From IMG/VR virus record IMGVR_UViG_3300030451_005868, positions 18,669 through 82,668 of that record: a stretch of 64,000 nt of DNA; one strand, given 5' to 3'. Origin of the DNA: a virus. A program made the position numbers and the translations under genes. The notes beneath the pieces were generated by a model. It made no database searches. It was not told the DNA's origin and saw only the letters and a program-made list of their open reading frames with translations. Below, in pieces: positions 29,699 to 41,200 of the stretch. How positions within the stretch are numbered: position 1 is the first letter of the stretch; every line of letters begins with the position of its first letter.

Positions 29699-31345
29699 TT
29701 ACTTAACTCCTATCACACATTCTGTTAAATTTGTTTCTTCGTTATATTTAGCCTTGATCACACGGCCTATGACGTTAAAAGCGGTACATTCGTCCAGTGA
29801 GGCCGCTCGTGCCACTCCGTTTCCAGCACTGATTACTCTGTCGCCTGCTTTTGCTGTGCCTGAAATCTTCACAAACACCCGTCCTTTGAGTGCTATCATT
29901 GGATGTGTATCATTGTTACCTGCCTGTGCGTTCATCAAAACTGCTGGAGTTTCGGACACAACTCCAAACACTGCGTTACATGATTCTGTTATGCATTTGG
30001 TTATTTCTTCCGATCCGCCCAAACATACCAAATCACCAACCTCAACTGGTGTGTCAGTGGCGTATCTCTCAGCCAAGTCCGCGTATTGTGCCGATGTTGA
30101 TGTGGCATGTACCACGTTGGCTCTGATATCTACCAGCGTGGCCGCTGATAATTCTTCACCTACACCTGCGGATTTGAATGCTGTCCAGGCGCCGCCTGCA
30201 TTTCCAAACACAGTAGTGCCGTCGTCTGCAAACGTTTCATCCCATACCCAGAACAAATCTTGTTCAGTGGCAACTGATGTCTCACCTCTGTTTACTTTTA
30301 ATCCTGAAAAATTTGGCATGCCAGACGCACTAGAAATATTTCTATTCAATTCCAAAATGTTATCTTCAACAGACATTGTTGAAGTGTTCATTATCACCTG
30401 TGTGCCATCCACAGTAAGATTTCCTTTGACTCTTATATCTCCAACACTAGGCAGTTCCAAACGCCCTGTATCACCGTCCAGTGTCATCAGTGTTGTGGTT
30501 GTTCCGCCATCGTTGACTGTGAAAATAATATCTTTGTCTTGTGTGGTTTGTGCAATTGTGAGATTATCACTTGATAGACTCATAGTGATGTCTGAACCAG
30601 CACCTAATACCAATCCGTCGTCATTTTGGATTGTGAGTTTACCGGTTGTAGTGTCGTCTTCATTGGCACGTAAAAAGTTTGCCGCGACAACTCCGCCAAG
30701 TGCCTCAGAATCAGTTGCTGTACCTCTGAACTTTGCAGACGAAACAGTAGAAGACAATTGAATACCTTGTGCCACGGTGCTAAATCCTGCAGTGATCAAT
30801 GCCGCTCCGTTTGTTTCTGTCGAACTTGGAGTGAATGCTATGTCAGATACTACGCCAACCACATTGTCGTTGGACACCATTTTAAGAATAGATCTGTTTA
30901 CTCCGGTGTTATCTTGTACTGTGTCTGTTGTAAATTGTGTGACTCCAGATCCTGCAATTGTTGTTGGTCCAATTAGTGTAAAAGCAGATCCGTTATAAAC
31001 ATAAAGTTGTTTATTTGTTGTGTCAAACCACATATCTCCTAACACAGCATTAGTAGGAGCAGTAGTTGAATTTGTAGATGATCCAACAGGTTTGAACTTT
31101 GTGCCTGTGTAAACGTTCAATTGCTTGTTTGTTTGATCATACCAAAGTTGTCCTGTGATCTTGTTGCTAGGTGCTGATGTGTTGTTAAAATTTTCTAGTA
31201 GTTTAACAAGGTTTTCGTTTAATGCTTCCCCAAACCCTGCATAACCTTTGCCTATTAGTGTAAGATCAGTTGCGGCTGTATCGATGGTGCCATCAGCCAA
31301 TGTGACCAATAAGGTTCCAAATGTGTTGTTGATTTTATATGCCAT
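29699..31345 (-). CDS. Tail fibre-like protein with a putative C-terminal chaperone/autocleavage domain (paralogue 3)
   Basis: Shared N-terminal LIGKGYAGFGE..NENLVKLLENF..GQLW and C-terminal ATSTSAQYADLAERY..GVVS..IALKGRV. Confidence 0.75.
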   Translation of the reverse strand: MAYKINNTFGTLLVTLADGTIDTAATDLTLIGKGYAGFGEALNENLVKLLENFNNTSAPSNKITGQLWYDQTNKQLNVYTGTKFKPVGSSTNSTTAPTNAVLGDMWFDTTNKQLYVYNGSAFTLIGPTTIAGSGVTQFTTDTVQDNTGVNRSILKMVSNDNVVGVVSDIAFTPSSTETNGAALITAGFSTVAQGIQLSSTVSSAKFRGTATDSEALGGVVAANFLRANEDDTTTGKLTIQNDDGLVLGAGSDITMSLSSDNLTIAQTTQDKDIIFTVNDGGTTTTLMTLDGDTGRLELPSVGDIRVKGNLTVDGTQVIMNTSTMSVEDNILELNRNISSASGMPNFSGLKVNRGETSVATEQDLFWVWDETFADDGTTVFGNAGGAWTAFKSAGVGEELSAATLVDIRANVVHATSTSAQYADLAERYATDTPVEVGDLVCLGGSEEITKCITESCNAVFGVVSETPAVLMNAQAGNNDTHPMIALKGRVFVKISGTAKAGDRVISAGNGVARAASLDECTAFNVIGRVIKAKYNEETNLTECVIGVK

Positions 31346-31354
31346 TGAACTCCA

Positions 31355-32974
31355 TTAACACCTTCCTACTACCATTTCTATTGTGCCTTCTGATTCTGAG
31401 TGTGAAGATAGTGCCTTGCCAATTACAGATCCAAATGTTGGATTGCTTTCTGCTCTGGCAAACCCGTCACCTGCTGACACTAACATGTCACCTGGTTGTA
31501 CAGTACCTTTTACTTTTACTTTCACTCTTCCCATCAAAGCAACAACTGCCGCGGAATTTGTTAATGAAGCGTTCATTAAGTATGCTGGATTTTCTGATAT
31601 AACACCTGCAACTTTTGTACACATGTCTTGATTACAAATAGTCACTTCTGGTTCGCCACTGAACATCATTACTGTGCCAGGCTCGTACTCAGCATCTGTT
31701 GTGTATTTTTCTGCCAAGTCAGCGTATTGTGCCGAAGTAGATGTGGCATGTACCACATTCGCTCTAATATCAACTAGATCTTTGTTTGTTAAGTCGTTGT
31801 CAGATCTATAAGCAGTCCAGGCACCACCAGCATTTCCAAATGTAGTTGTGCCGTCATCTGAGAATGTTTCGTCCCATACCCAAAATAGATCTTCTTCTGT
31901 TCCTGATGCCGCTTCACCTCTATTGGCTTTGATACCAGTAAAGTCCGGCATACCAGATGCACTTGATACGTTCCTGTTTAATTCTAATATACTGTCTTCT
32001 ATACTAAGGTTTGTTGTGTTAAGAATCACTTGTTCACCAGTGACCTCTAAGTCTTTTACTCTAAGTCTACTAATTGCACCTTGCAATCTCATGACTTCTG
32101 TAGTGACACCTCCGTCATTGACAGTAAAGATCATGTCTTTGTCTTGTTCGGTTTGTGCAAATGTCACATCGTTGCTGGATACTGAAATGGTCAAGTCTTG
32201 TGAATCACCAATTATCACTCCAGTGTCGTTGTCAATGGTTAAAGCGCCTGTTGTGGTATCTGATGCGTCTGCCCGTAAAAAGTTTCCGCCTGCTACTAAA
32301 CTGGCAGAACTATTTGTTGTACCACTGACATCTACAAATGCGGCCGATGTGTTAGTCCCTTCGAATACTGCACTCAATGTTGAATTAAGTGTTAGTCCTG
32401 CCTTGATAGAAGCAAATCCTGTCTGCGATACTGATGGTGTGAATGTTTCTTTTGATAGTATGGCTACTCTTGTGCTATTAGCGTACATTGATGACACAAC
32501 TTTATCACCACCAGAACTAGCAATTGTTTCTATTACAAATCCTGACTCACCTTGTGAAGCAGTATGAACCGGACCTAATAGTTCCCATTTATCATTAATT
32601 TGGTGTGATCTTGAATCTCCTGTGTACACAAACACTTGGTCATTTGTTGAGTCTAACCATAAATCACCTTGCCCTGGTGAAGTTGGTACTGATGTTGAAG
32701 GTTGAGCACCTCCTGCTGGTTCAAACTGTGAACCGTTGTACACTTTCAGTTGTCCTGTGTTTGTATCAAACCATAATTGTCCACGTAACGGAGTTGTGGG
32801 TGCTGATGTTGATGCAGAATTTTCTAATAATTTTACAAGGTTTTCGTTTAAATTTTCACCCCATCCAGAATAACTTTTTCCTATTAGTGTAAGGTTGGTT
32901 GCGGTTGTGTTTATTGTGCCGTCTACTATTGTTGCTAGGATTGTTCCGTCTGTTTTGTTTATTGTGTAAGCCAT
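31355..32974 (-). CDS. Tail fibre-like protein (paralogue 2)
   Basis: Same architecture; SAQYADLAEKY..VALMGRVKVKV..IGKAL. Confidence 0.75.
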   Translation of the reverse strand: MAYTINKTDGTILATIVDGTINTTATNLTLIGKSYSGWGENLNENLVKLLENSASTSAPTTPLRGQLWFDTNTGQLKVYNGSQFEPAGGAQPSTSVPTSPGQGDLWLDSTNDQVFVYTGDSRSHQINDKWELLGPVHTASQGESGFVIETIASSGGDKVVSSMYANSTRVAILSKETFTPSVSQTGFASIKAGLTLNSTLSAVFEGTNTSAAFVDVSGTTNSSASLVAGGNFLRADASDTTTGALTIDNDTGVIIGDSQDLTISVSSNDVTFAQTEQDKDMIFTVNDGGVTTEVMRLQGAISRLRVKDLEVTGEQVILNTTNLSIEDSILELNRNVSSASGMPDFTGIKANRGEAASGTEEDLFWVWDETFSDDGTTTFGNAGGAWTAYRSDNDLTNKDLVDIRANVVHATSTSAQYADLAEKYTTDAEYEPGTVMMFSGEPEVTICNQDMCTKVAGVISENPAYLMNASLTNSAAVVALMGRVKVKVKGTVQPGDMLVSAGDGFARAESNPTFGSVIGKALSSHSESEGTIEMVVGRC

Positions 32975-32984
32975 TTGTGTATAT

Positions 32985-34478
32985 TTAGCACCTTCCCACT
33001 ACAATATTAATCGTGCCAATTTCGCTGGAATCGTAGTCTTCTAATGCTTTTCCTATCACTGAGCCTACTGGTGGATAGTAAGATGATGTTGCACATCCTG
33101 TTTCACCTGATGAGACTAGCAGTGATCCTTTTGTAATTGTACCATGTACCTTGCATTTGACTTTTCCCGCCAAAGCCACCGGCTGTCCCTCAGATTTGCT
33201 GTTCATGATGTAAGCCGGGTTTTCACTGATCACACCTGCTATTCTCGTATCATATTTTTGATCACTTACTGTAATTTCTTTTGCGCCGCCAAATACAACC
33301 ACTGTACCTATTTCGTACTGAGTGTCAGTTTCATAAATCTCAGCCAAGTCAGCGTATTGTGCCGATGTTGCTTTGGCATGAACTGTGCTGTAACCTTTTG
33401 AACTAGTTCCTATATCATAAGTGTCATCTAGATCAGGCTCAATCTCTTGGGTGACCATTTTGTCTGTCATGGTCAATGTGGCCATAGTATTAGCGCCAGT
33501 GCTTGATATATTTCCTGTTACATTACCTGTCAATGGACCTGCAAAAGCAGTTGATGTAGTAGTGCCTGATATGTCAAGTTTAGTGCTAGGTGTTGTTGTT
33601 CCTATTCCAATTCTTGAAGTGCTACCATCTATTGTCATCATAGTAATTGTAGAACCGCCATCATTGACTTTGAATGTAATGTCAGTATCCTGTGTAGCAT
33701 TTGAAATAATTGCTCCTCCAGAATCAACTGAAATTGTTAGATCACTGTCAACTCCAACTATCACTCCACCATCGTTAGCAACTGTCACTGTACCTGATGT
33801 AGTATCATTAGCATTTGATCTAAAATAGTTTGCGGCCGCAACATCACCTAAAGCATCTGCATTAGTCGCTGTACCGTTGAATTTTGTGTCTGATATCGCA
33901 GTGGTTAAAGTGATACCCTTTTTAATTGTGGCAAATCCAGACATAGAAGTTTTTGGTGTAAACTCATCTTCACTTATTATTGCAATCTTATTTCCATCGT
34001 TGAATATATTGGTGACATTCTGAGTAACGTCTGATGTATCAACAATTGAACTGAATGTAAATCCATTTGTTGTACCTGTAGTGCCAGGAGGGCCTACTAA
34101 CACAGACGCTGTTCCGTTGTAAAAAAACATCTGTCCGGTATCTGAGTCTATCCATATATCACCTGCAGACATTCCTGTAGGCGCGGACGATTGGTAAGGT
34201 GCACTACCGCCACTGTTTTGGAAAGTGGTACCTGTGTAGACTTTTAATTTGTTATTTGTACTGTCCCACCACAGTTGTCCAGTAATCGGTTTACTTGGTG
34301 CATCTCCATTTGCAAAATTTTCAAGTAGATGTAAAAAGTTTTCAGCAATCAGTTCACCATAACCTGCGTAACCTTTTCCAATAAAACTCAAATCAGTTTG
34401 TGCGTTGACCACACCATCTTGTACTGTGTACTGATTTGGAGACGCTGAACTATTAGTTTTGTTGACAGTATATGGCAT
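32985..34478 (-). CDS. Tail fibre-like protein (paralogue 1)
   Basis: Same architecture; RIGIGTTTPSTKLDI repeat unit, SAQYADLAEIY. Confidence 0.75.
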   Translation of the reverse strand: MPYTVNKTNSSASPNQYTVQDGVVNAQTDLSFIGKGYAGYGELIAENFLHLLENFANGDAPSKPITGQLWWDSTNNKLKVYTGTTFQNSGGSAPYQSSAPTGMSAGDIWIDSDTGQMFFYNGTASVLVGPPGTTGTTNGFTFSSIVDTSDVTQNVTNIFNDGNKIAIISEDEFTPKTSMSGFATIKKGITLTTAISDTKFNGTATNADALGDVAAANYFRSNANDTTSGTVTVANDGGVIVGVDSDLTISVDSGGAIISNATQDTDITFKVNDGGSTITMMTIDGSTSRIGIGTTTPSTKLDISGTTTSTAFAGPLTGNVTGNISSTGANTMATLTMTDKMVTQEIEPDLDDTYDIGTSSKGYSTVHAKATSAQYADLAEIYETDTQYEIGTVVVFGGAKEITVSDQKYDTRIAGVISENPAYIMNSKSEGQPVALAGKVKCKVHGTITKGSLLVSSGETGCATSSYYPPVGSVIGKALEDYDSSEIGTINIVVGRC

Positions 34479-34480
34479 TT

Positions 34481-35206
34481 TTAATATCCTGTGCTACTAC
34501 CTGAAGAAGTACCGCTGATTGTGTTTGAAGTTGACAACGCAGTTGAACTTGTTTCAGTAAATGTTGTTAAACTTTGTATTCTAAGTGTATAATCAATCTG
34601 TATCAATCTATTCAAAGATTTTTGAACTGGGTGAAATACCACGTGTGTCAACAATTTATTTGTTGATCCGTTTTCTGTACCTTCATAACTTTTTAATCCT
34701 AATTCATCAAAAACAAAGTCGCCATTAAAGTTTGTTGTGTTATCAAATGCTTCTTGTCCAGTAGGCTCACCATAATCTAAAGTACAAGTACAAACTATGT
34801 CTGTGTATTTGTTACCTGCTGTATGACGCACCTCCATTTTGTTTCTAGTTGTGTCTTTGTTTGTGACAGAGTTGTCATCTATCACTTTATAATAAGTTTG
34901 ATTGTAAAGTGTGGCGTTGCTTCCTGTAGAGTTAGGCGTAAGATAAGTTATAATTCCTGTTGGATCCACTGAGGTTCCACCATTACCAAAAGCCATTTCA
35001 TGTATAAATCCTGATGTCTTGTTGGCCAATGAATTTGCAAGAGCCTGTGACATGTTTTCATAATGGATAGCATTTCTTTTATCCACTATCACCTCTCCAG
35101 TCTCAGGATCAAAAATTTTGATGTGACCCTGCATCATCACACCTGACTGATCATTAGGCTTTTTGTTTTCTTCTTGTGATTCTGTGTGTTTATTTTCTTC
35201 TGTCAT
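34481..35206 (-). CDS. Putative baseplate/tail structural protein
   Basis: GHIKIFD..KRNAIHYEN, AFGNGG, FDELGL, THVVFHPVQKS; ATG 35206 follows TAAATA. Confidence 0.7.
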   Translation of the reverse strand: MTEENKHTESQEENKKPNDQSGVMMQGHIKIFDPETGEVIVDKRNAIHYENMSQALANSLANKTSGFIHEMAFGNGGTSVDPTGIITYLTPNSTGSNATLYNQTYYKVIDDNSVTNKDTTRNKMEVRHTAGNKYTDIVCTCTLDYGEPTGQEAFDNTTNFNGDFVFDELGLKSYEGTENGSTNKLLTHVVFHPVQKSLNRLIQIDYTLRIQSLTTFTETSSTALSTSNTISGTSSGSSTGY

Positions 35207-35216
35207 CCTAGTGTAT

Positions 35217-38200
35217 TTATTCAGGTGCATTTGTCGGCTCATCCGCTATGAAACGAGCCTGAACTGTGCTTGATGCTTGTAAACCTTTACCATCTGCAGG
35301 ATTACCATCAGCCGCTGTATACCATACCTGTCCTCTCTTGTGTAGTATTTTGACCTGTGTATCTGCCGCTGGTGCTGTGCTTAATGTCACTGCCGCAGTC
35401 GATCCGTCCACAGAGTAGTTAATAGTTGATCCGTCTTCGCTAGTGAGCAACAATCGTTGGCCACCAATGAATATGTCTAACTCACTAGCAGAAGCGGGTG
35501 TTTGTGATAGATTAAACGTTGCAGTACTACCATCACCAGTAAATGTATTGGTGTATACTGTGTCCGTATAAGGTATAGTTTGAGTACCAGACGCATCTAC
35601 CACTGCTGTGCCTGAACTATGATCCTTAATTCCTGTACCAAGTGTGCCTCGTCTTAGTTGGCCTAAAGTGTCTCCTGACTTGGTAAAATATTCTATTCTT
35701 TCTTTATCAACAAAAATTACACCTGGTATGTTGTTGGCCGCATTTGGCTCCGGCAACACAGTTCCATCCTCAACTTGAATAACGATAGATTCGTCTGTTA
35801 CATCTTGTGCAATTTTTGTTGTGGCATTTTTGTTTATTCGTTTGTAAAAAGTTCTATTCAACATGTCTTTGAATATTCTAAAACCTGTTGCTCCAATTGC
35901 AGATTCAACCGCAAAATACATCACATCCAATCTGTCTGAAGATGTGATACTTGTTTTGTTCAACACAGTTAAAGTATTGCCTGACACTGTGAAGCCAGTA
36001 CCAGGAGTCAACTGTTCTCCATTGAACCATGCAAAAGTGTAACTTGGATTCAAGGTATCAAATCTCAGTTTGAATACATTATTAGTCTTGCCTTCCAATA
36101 CCTCCCTACGTAGTTTCATTCCCAAAGCATTATTAAATGTGGTGACATTTATCACATCACCACTGGATAAAGAATATCCATCTGAAGAAATTTGAGCAGG
36201 TTCTAGTATGACGTCTGTGCCATCAACTGTGTAATGATTATCAACTAATGTTGAAATTGCAATTAGGTCATTTTGTGCTGGTGCTGTAACAAATGAAATT
36301 CTGTCTGGAGATCCAGCCACATCTGTTGTGACTAAAGTAGTGTCCACTGTGTCAGTTTCATCAGCAGTCAGAATAGTGCCTGCAAGATCCACCACATAAT
36401 CTGTGTTCTGTACCTGTTTCACCCCATTGACATGCACAACAATTTGTGATGGATCTGTGATAGTCTTCACAGGATCAATTGTGCTGTCTTCACCTAATGT
36501 GTTTGTAAATGTTGAATCTTCTCCCAAACCTGTCAATGGATTGAATCCATATCTAGTGGTAGTGCCATCTCCAACATAGTAACTGATGTCAGGACCACGT
36601 AACATTTTTCCGCCCACTTCGATCATTGTCAAACCTGATAGAGGACCAATTGCTCCTGGAGGAAACGACAATGTGTATCTTGTTATGGCACTGTTAAATG
36701 TGATTAGTTCATTTCTAATACTTGCAAAACTTCTTGTGGACGTAGTTGATTTGTTGAAACCAGCGATCTGAACAAAAGCGTTTGCCGCTGGTGCACTGTC
36801 AAATGTAACTGTGATTGTGTTTGCAGTGGTTGTAGTTGAAAATAAAGTAGTTGGGCCTCCGTCAATGGTCACGTAGATGTCACTGGCAGTTGAATCCAAA
36901 TTAAATTCTCCTCTGGTGCTTGTGGTGAATGTGGTAGTTGATCCGTCACCTCGGTATTGGTCCAATACTCTGTAGTTTTCACCTGATACAGCAAAAGTTC
37001 TAACACTGATTGCTTTTCCTAGTCCTGGCGCACTTCCAAATGTGATTGTTTTGTCTCCAACATCAACTGTGTAGTCTGTGGTTAATCGTTTGACTGTGCC
37101 GTCTACAGAAACTGTTACTGATGCAAGAGATCCAGGGAAATCTCCTAATGCAAAAGTAGTAGTTACAGCATCTCCTGTATATAAATTTTCAGTTATAAAT
37201 GGAACTCCAGACTCTGGTGATGTATAAACTTTGATATCAACTGTGTCAAACATTTGGCCTGGTACAGCCTCTTCTGGTGCGTAACTTGTTTCTGGTGATA
37301 CAAATTGATCACCGTCGGTAAGTATATCACTGGCCGCTGTGCCTAATGCAGTGTTGAATAGGCCCCCTTTTAATAATGTATCAAGTGTTCTATCATCCGT
37401 TGGTGTCAGCACTCCGTCATCATCAATAGGAATAAACTCTACTAAAGCATTTTCGTCTGGAGTGGTGCTGAGTTGGAAACTGGTTGTGGAGCCATCTCCT
37501 CTAAACACATCTGACAGTTTAGTTCTTGTGCTATCGCCTAAAGTGGTGTATACAGAATATACATCTGACTTGGCAGGAGCAGTTGTGAAAGTATATGTGT
37601 TTGTAGAGCCATCTGCAATAAAGGCTTTGACACGTGTGTCACCAAAATTGTCCCATGGATAATCATACCAATCAGCGTTATCCCATCCTTGTCCTTGACG
37701 GAATAGTAATCCTGTAACCATTGTGCCACCGTAATCTACACCCGCCATTAGTTGGGATAATTCATTACCAGGCATACCTGAACCTGGTGTGTAGAATCCT
37801 GCTGTTCTGTCTGCGGCAGTTAGGCCTGTTTCGTCACCTCGTATTTTATAAACTTTGCCAATGTTGTCATTGAATTTAGTATTTGAAGTGAAATGATCTG
37901 TAGCCTTATACAATTCATTGTTGTATCTAATTAATTGTCCGTAAGCATAGGAAGTGTTTATGGCCCAATCTACCACAGCATGAACTGGATGAACTCTGTC
38001 AAACTTGATAGTGGTATCAATATCTCTCACAAGATCATTCTGTAAATTAGCATATGCTCTCGCAGTGTCACTTGGTGTGGTGCCATCATTTTTTCCGCCA
38101 GTAAGAACCACAGTAGGAGTTGTAGTATAATTTTTTCCGTTACTGACCAATGTAATTTTTGTTACTCGGCCGTCAACAACTGTGGCTGTGGCTGTGGCCG

Positions 38201-41200
38201 CTGTGGTATCAGGCGTTTCGTACATTTTATACACTGTGCTTCTTGAACTTTGACCTGTGTTTGTTGTTGCATCCGGCATCCAAAAAGTGCCTTCATATTC
38301 ATCAAAACTAAATTCTGTTGCAGTTCCGCTACCACCGTTGTTTTGCGTATCCCAAGTTTTTGCCAATCGTTCACTAGTAAACAATGGATAGTAATATCCA
38401 TAGGTGCCTGATGTTGCCCCTCTATTGCTGTTGCCTTGAATTTGGAATGGGCCAGTTGATGCTGTGGTTCCCCCAAGCACTGTAACTGTTGGCGCAGTTT
38501 CGTATCCTGTTCCGCTGTATGATACCGTAATTGATGTCACATATTTTTTATGATTATCGTACCAAATCTGATGAGGATATTCTGTTAACTTATCTGAATC
38601 AGAGGTTACATTTAGATTACGTATTTTACTTTCGGCTGAATCATAAAATGGTGGATTATCAAAATCAGAGAATATACCATCTTGGGTATCTGTTGACTCA
38701 TAACCTAGTTTGTATTCACGTATTTTTGAATGAAATGGCTTGACTTCGTTTATGTAACTTTCTACCCAACTGTCTGTGCCAGCCGTGTAACTCTTTCTTT
38801 GATCTAGTTTTCTAACTGTGTTTGTAACATTAATAAATGAAGTTTTAAACAACCAATCCACATATGTTTGTTCTTGTAAAACTTTTCTCAAACCTATGAA
38901 GAATAAATTGTTGTATTCTACTGCTAGTTCGTTTATAAACAAATCATCTCTTAGTGCTGTCAATATATTTCTAGTTTCTTTTGTTGGTTCCTGGTCAAAG
39001 AAATTATCATCAAAGTTATCTTCACCAGCAAATCCAGTTGCATCTTGCGTGTAGTCATATAATTTTGTGCTTAATCTAATAGTGCCATTCTCTGTTCCTA
39101 CGTTAGTATAACCTTTAGCAGTCTTCATAAACAGTTTCCAACCTCCTGTGTCACCCTGAGTAACTTTGACGTGCTTCCCAACTGCTAGGTCAAGTGAATC
39201 TAACTCATATTCATACGTTACCTGGGCATCAATAGGAGTATTCTCATCATGAATCATCTCATGTACCTCAGGATCAGTGCCATACCAGTCTACGTAACTC
39301 CAATATGCTCCTGTGTTGAAACCTTGTAATTTTGTTCTATTAAATTGTGTGCCATCCCATGTGTAGATTGACCAGAAATTGTTGGCTGTTTCGTCTGCTT
39401 TGACAAGATATTTCACAGCACCTGATAAGTCAGCAGTATTGATGTATGATAATTCTACATGTGTGTCTACAACGGCATCCCACTCGAGACTTGCCGCAGT
39501 TGGCTCAGGATCTGCCTTGTTAAGATTATCAAGTTTGATTGGTCCAGTCAATTGAATCTTTTTAAGAACTGTGTTAGAATAATCAATAATTTCTTTTAGT
39601 GCATTGTAACGATTCACGTACCAACTTTGTCTTGGGCGTATTTCATTTCCGTATCTTTCATTCAATGGCAAATTAATATCTGGAACCATGTCCCCTTCTA
39701 TATTTTTTCCAACTAAACTATCCCACCAGCGTTGTTCAACCTGTGTGCTTGGACGTTGAGCAGGATCTCCTTCTTTGACTAATTTCCAAACAGAATGTGC
39801 TGATGCATCACTGTTATTAGTTCTAATATCAATGTTAAGTTTGATTGTATCATTAGATAGGCCTCTAACATTTGCCAACAACATTTTGTTTGTATCTGTA
39901 GGTGCAAACCATTTGTGTCCTTGTCTCTGTGGATTTTCAATTAAATTTTTAACAAAAGCAACTGTGTTTTTTCTACCAACCACACTGTTGAGAGGTATAG
40001 CATTATCATCTCTTACCCAATAGTAGTAGTATCTAATGGTTCTATCAAGTCTGCCATTGTATCTGTCTTTGATAGTAAGATTGGAGTCGTCTGCATGTAA
40101 AGGAATTCCACCTGTGCCCAATTGTTGATACCTACTTGGAGGAACTGTTGATTCAACCCACTGATAAACATGTATCTGAGATCCAGGGAAAGTTTGTCCC
40201 CAATGATTTGTTTTGTATTCTTGGGTGTCTTGCTCATACCATAGCCACTTGACTTTGGATAGATCCCACCATACTTCACCAATATGTTTTTCTGCCCATG
40301 GGGTTTGTCTGTTAGCGTTGGCTCCAAAATTGTAAACTGCTGGATCCCATGTGGTTTTATATTGTATTTCTCTGTCTGCAATTCCTGGAATACGTCCTTG
40401 AACTGGATTATAAAGTTCATAAAAATCTCTGATCTGTTTGGTGTTTACATTAAAGTCAAATGTTTGTCCTAATTTTGAAACATCCATAAGTGGAGTTTCA
40501 GTTGTAATATTTTTCCAAGCATACTCACCTGATTTGTTCGCATCAAAAATTGTAACTGTTCCGTCATCCGCCACAAGTGAACTGCCGTCAGAGCCAACAT
40601 TACCTTCATCGTCAGGTGCACCTACAAACACACTATTATCAATTACGCACACGCCTCTGCCAAAATCGTCATTTGCAGATACACTAGTTGTGACTAATCT
40701 TTCATCTATAATAAATTTGGTATTGTATTTTGTGGCTGTGTATGCACCGCCTGAACCTGTATTTGAATCAACAAATCTAGTGTCCTGTAAATCGAAAGTT
40801 GTGGCGTCTAAATCAAACAACATCTGTCTGCTATTACCGTTGTTTTCAGCGCCTATCACTAGTCTTGTTGCATCATCGTTTATGTCAATTGAACTTCCAA
40901 ACTTGTTGTTAATCTGTCCGTCAGGAGCATTAATTGTTTGTTGTAATGTATATGCCAGTGTACTGTCACCGTCTGCGTCCCATTTATAATAATAAACTGC
41001 TCCAGCATCTGCTTGGTTGCCAACATCTAAACCAGGAGCCGTGATCATTAGTGTTGTGCCATCCTTGCTCATTGCTATACTGTCACCAAACTGTGTGTTC
41101 ACTGACGATCCATCACTGGATACAGCAGAAAGTGTTTGCACCAGAGTAAAACTGTGATCAACACTGTCGTCGTTGCTCTGAGAAGTTCTTGTAAATATTT

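Noticed and set aside
29673-32567. Long + strand ORFs (362 aa, 239 aa) opposite the tail fibres
   Set aside because: Antisense shadows of T/S/G/D-rich genes, with no motifs or RBS
29699-34478. Diversity-generating retroelement template/variable repeats in the fibre genes
   Set aside because: No reverse transcriptase in the window, all copies are coding, and the differences are not adenine-specific
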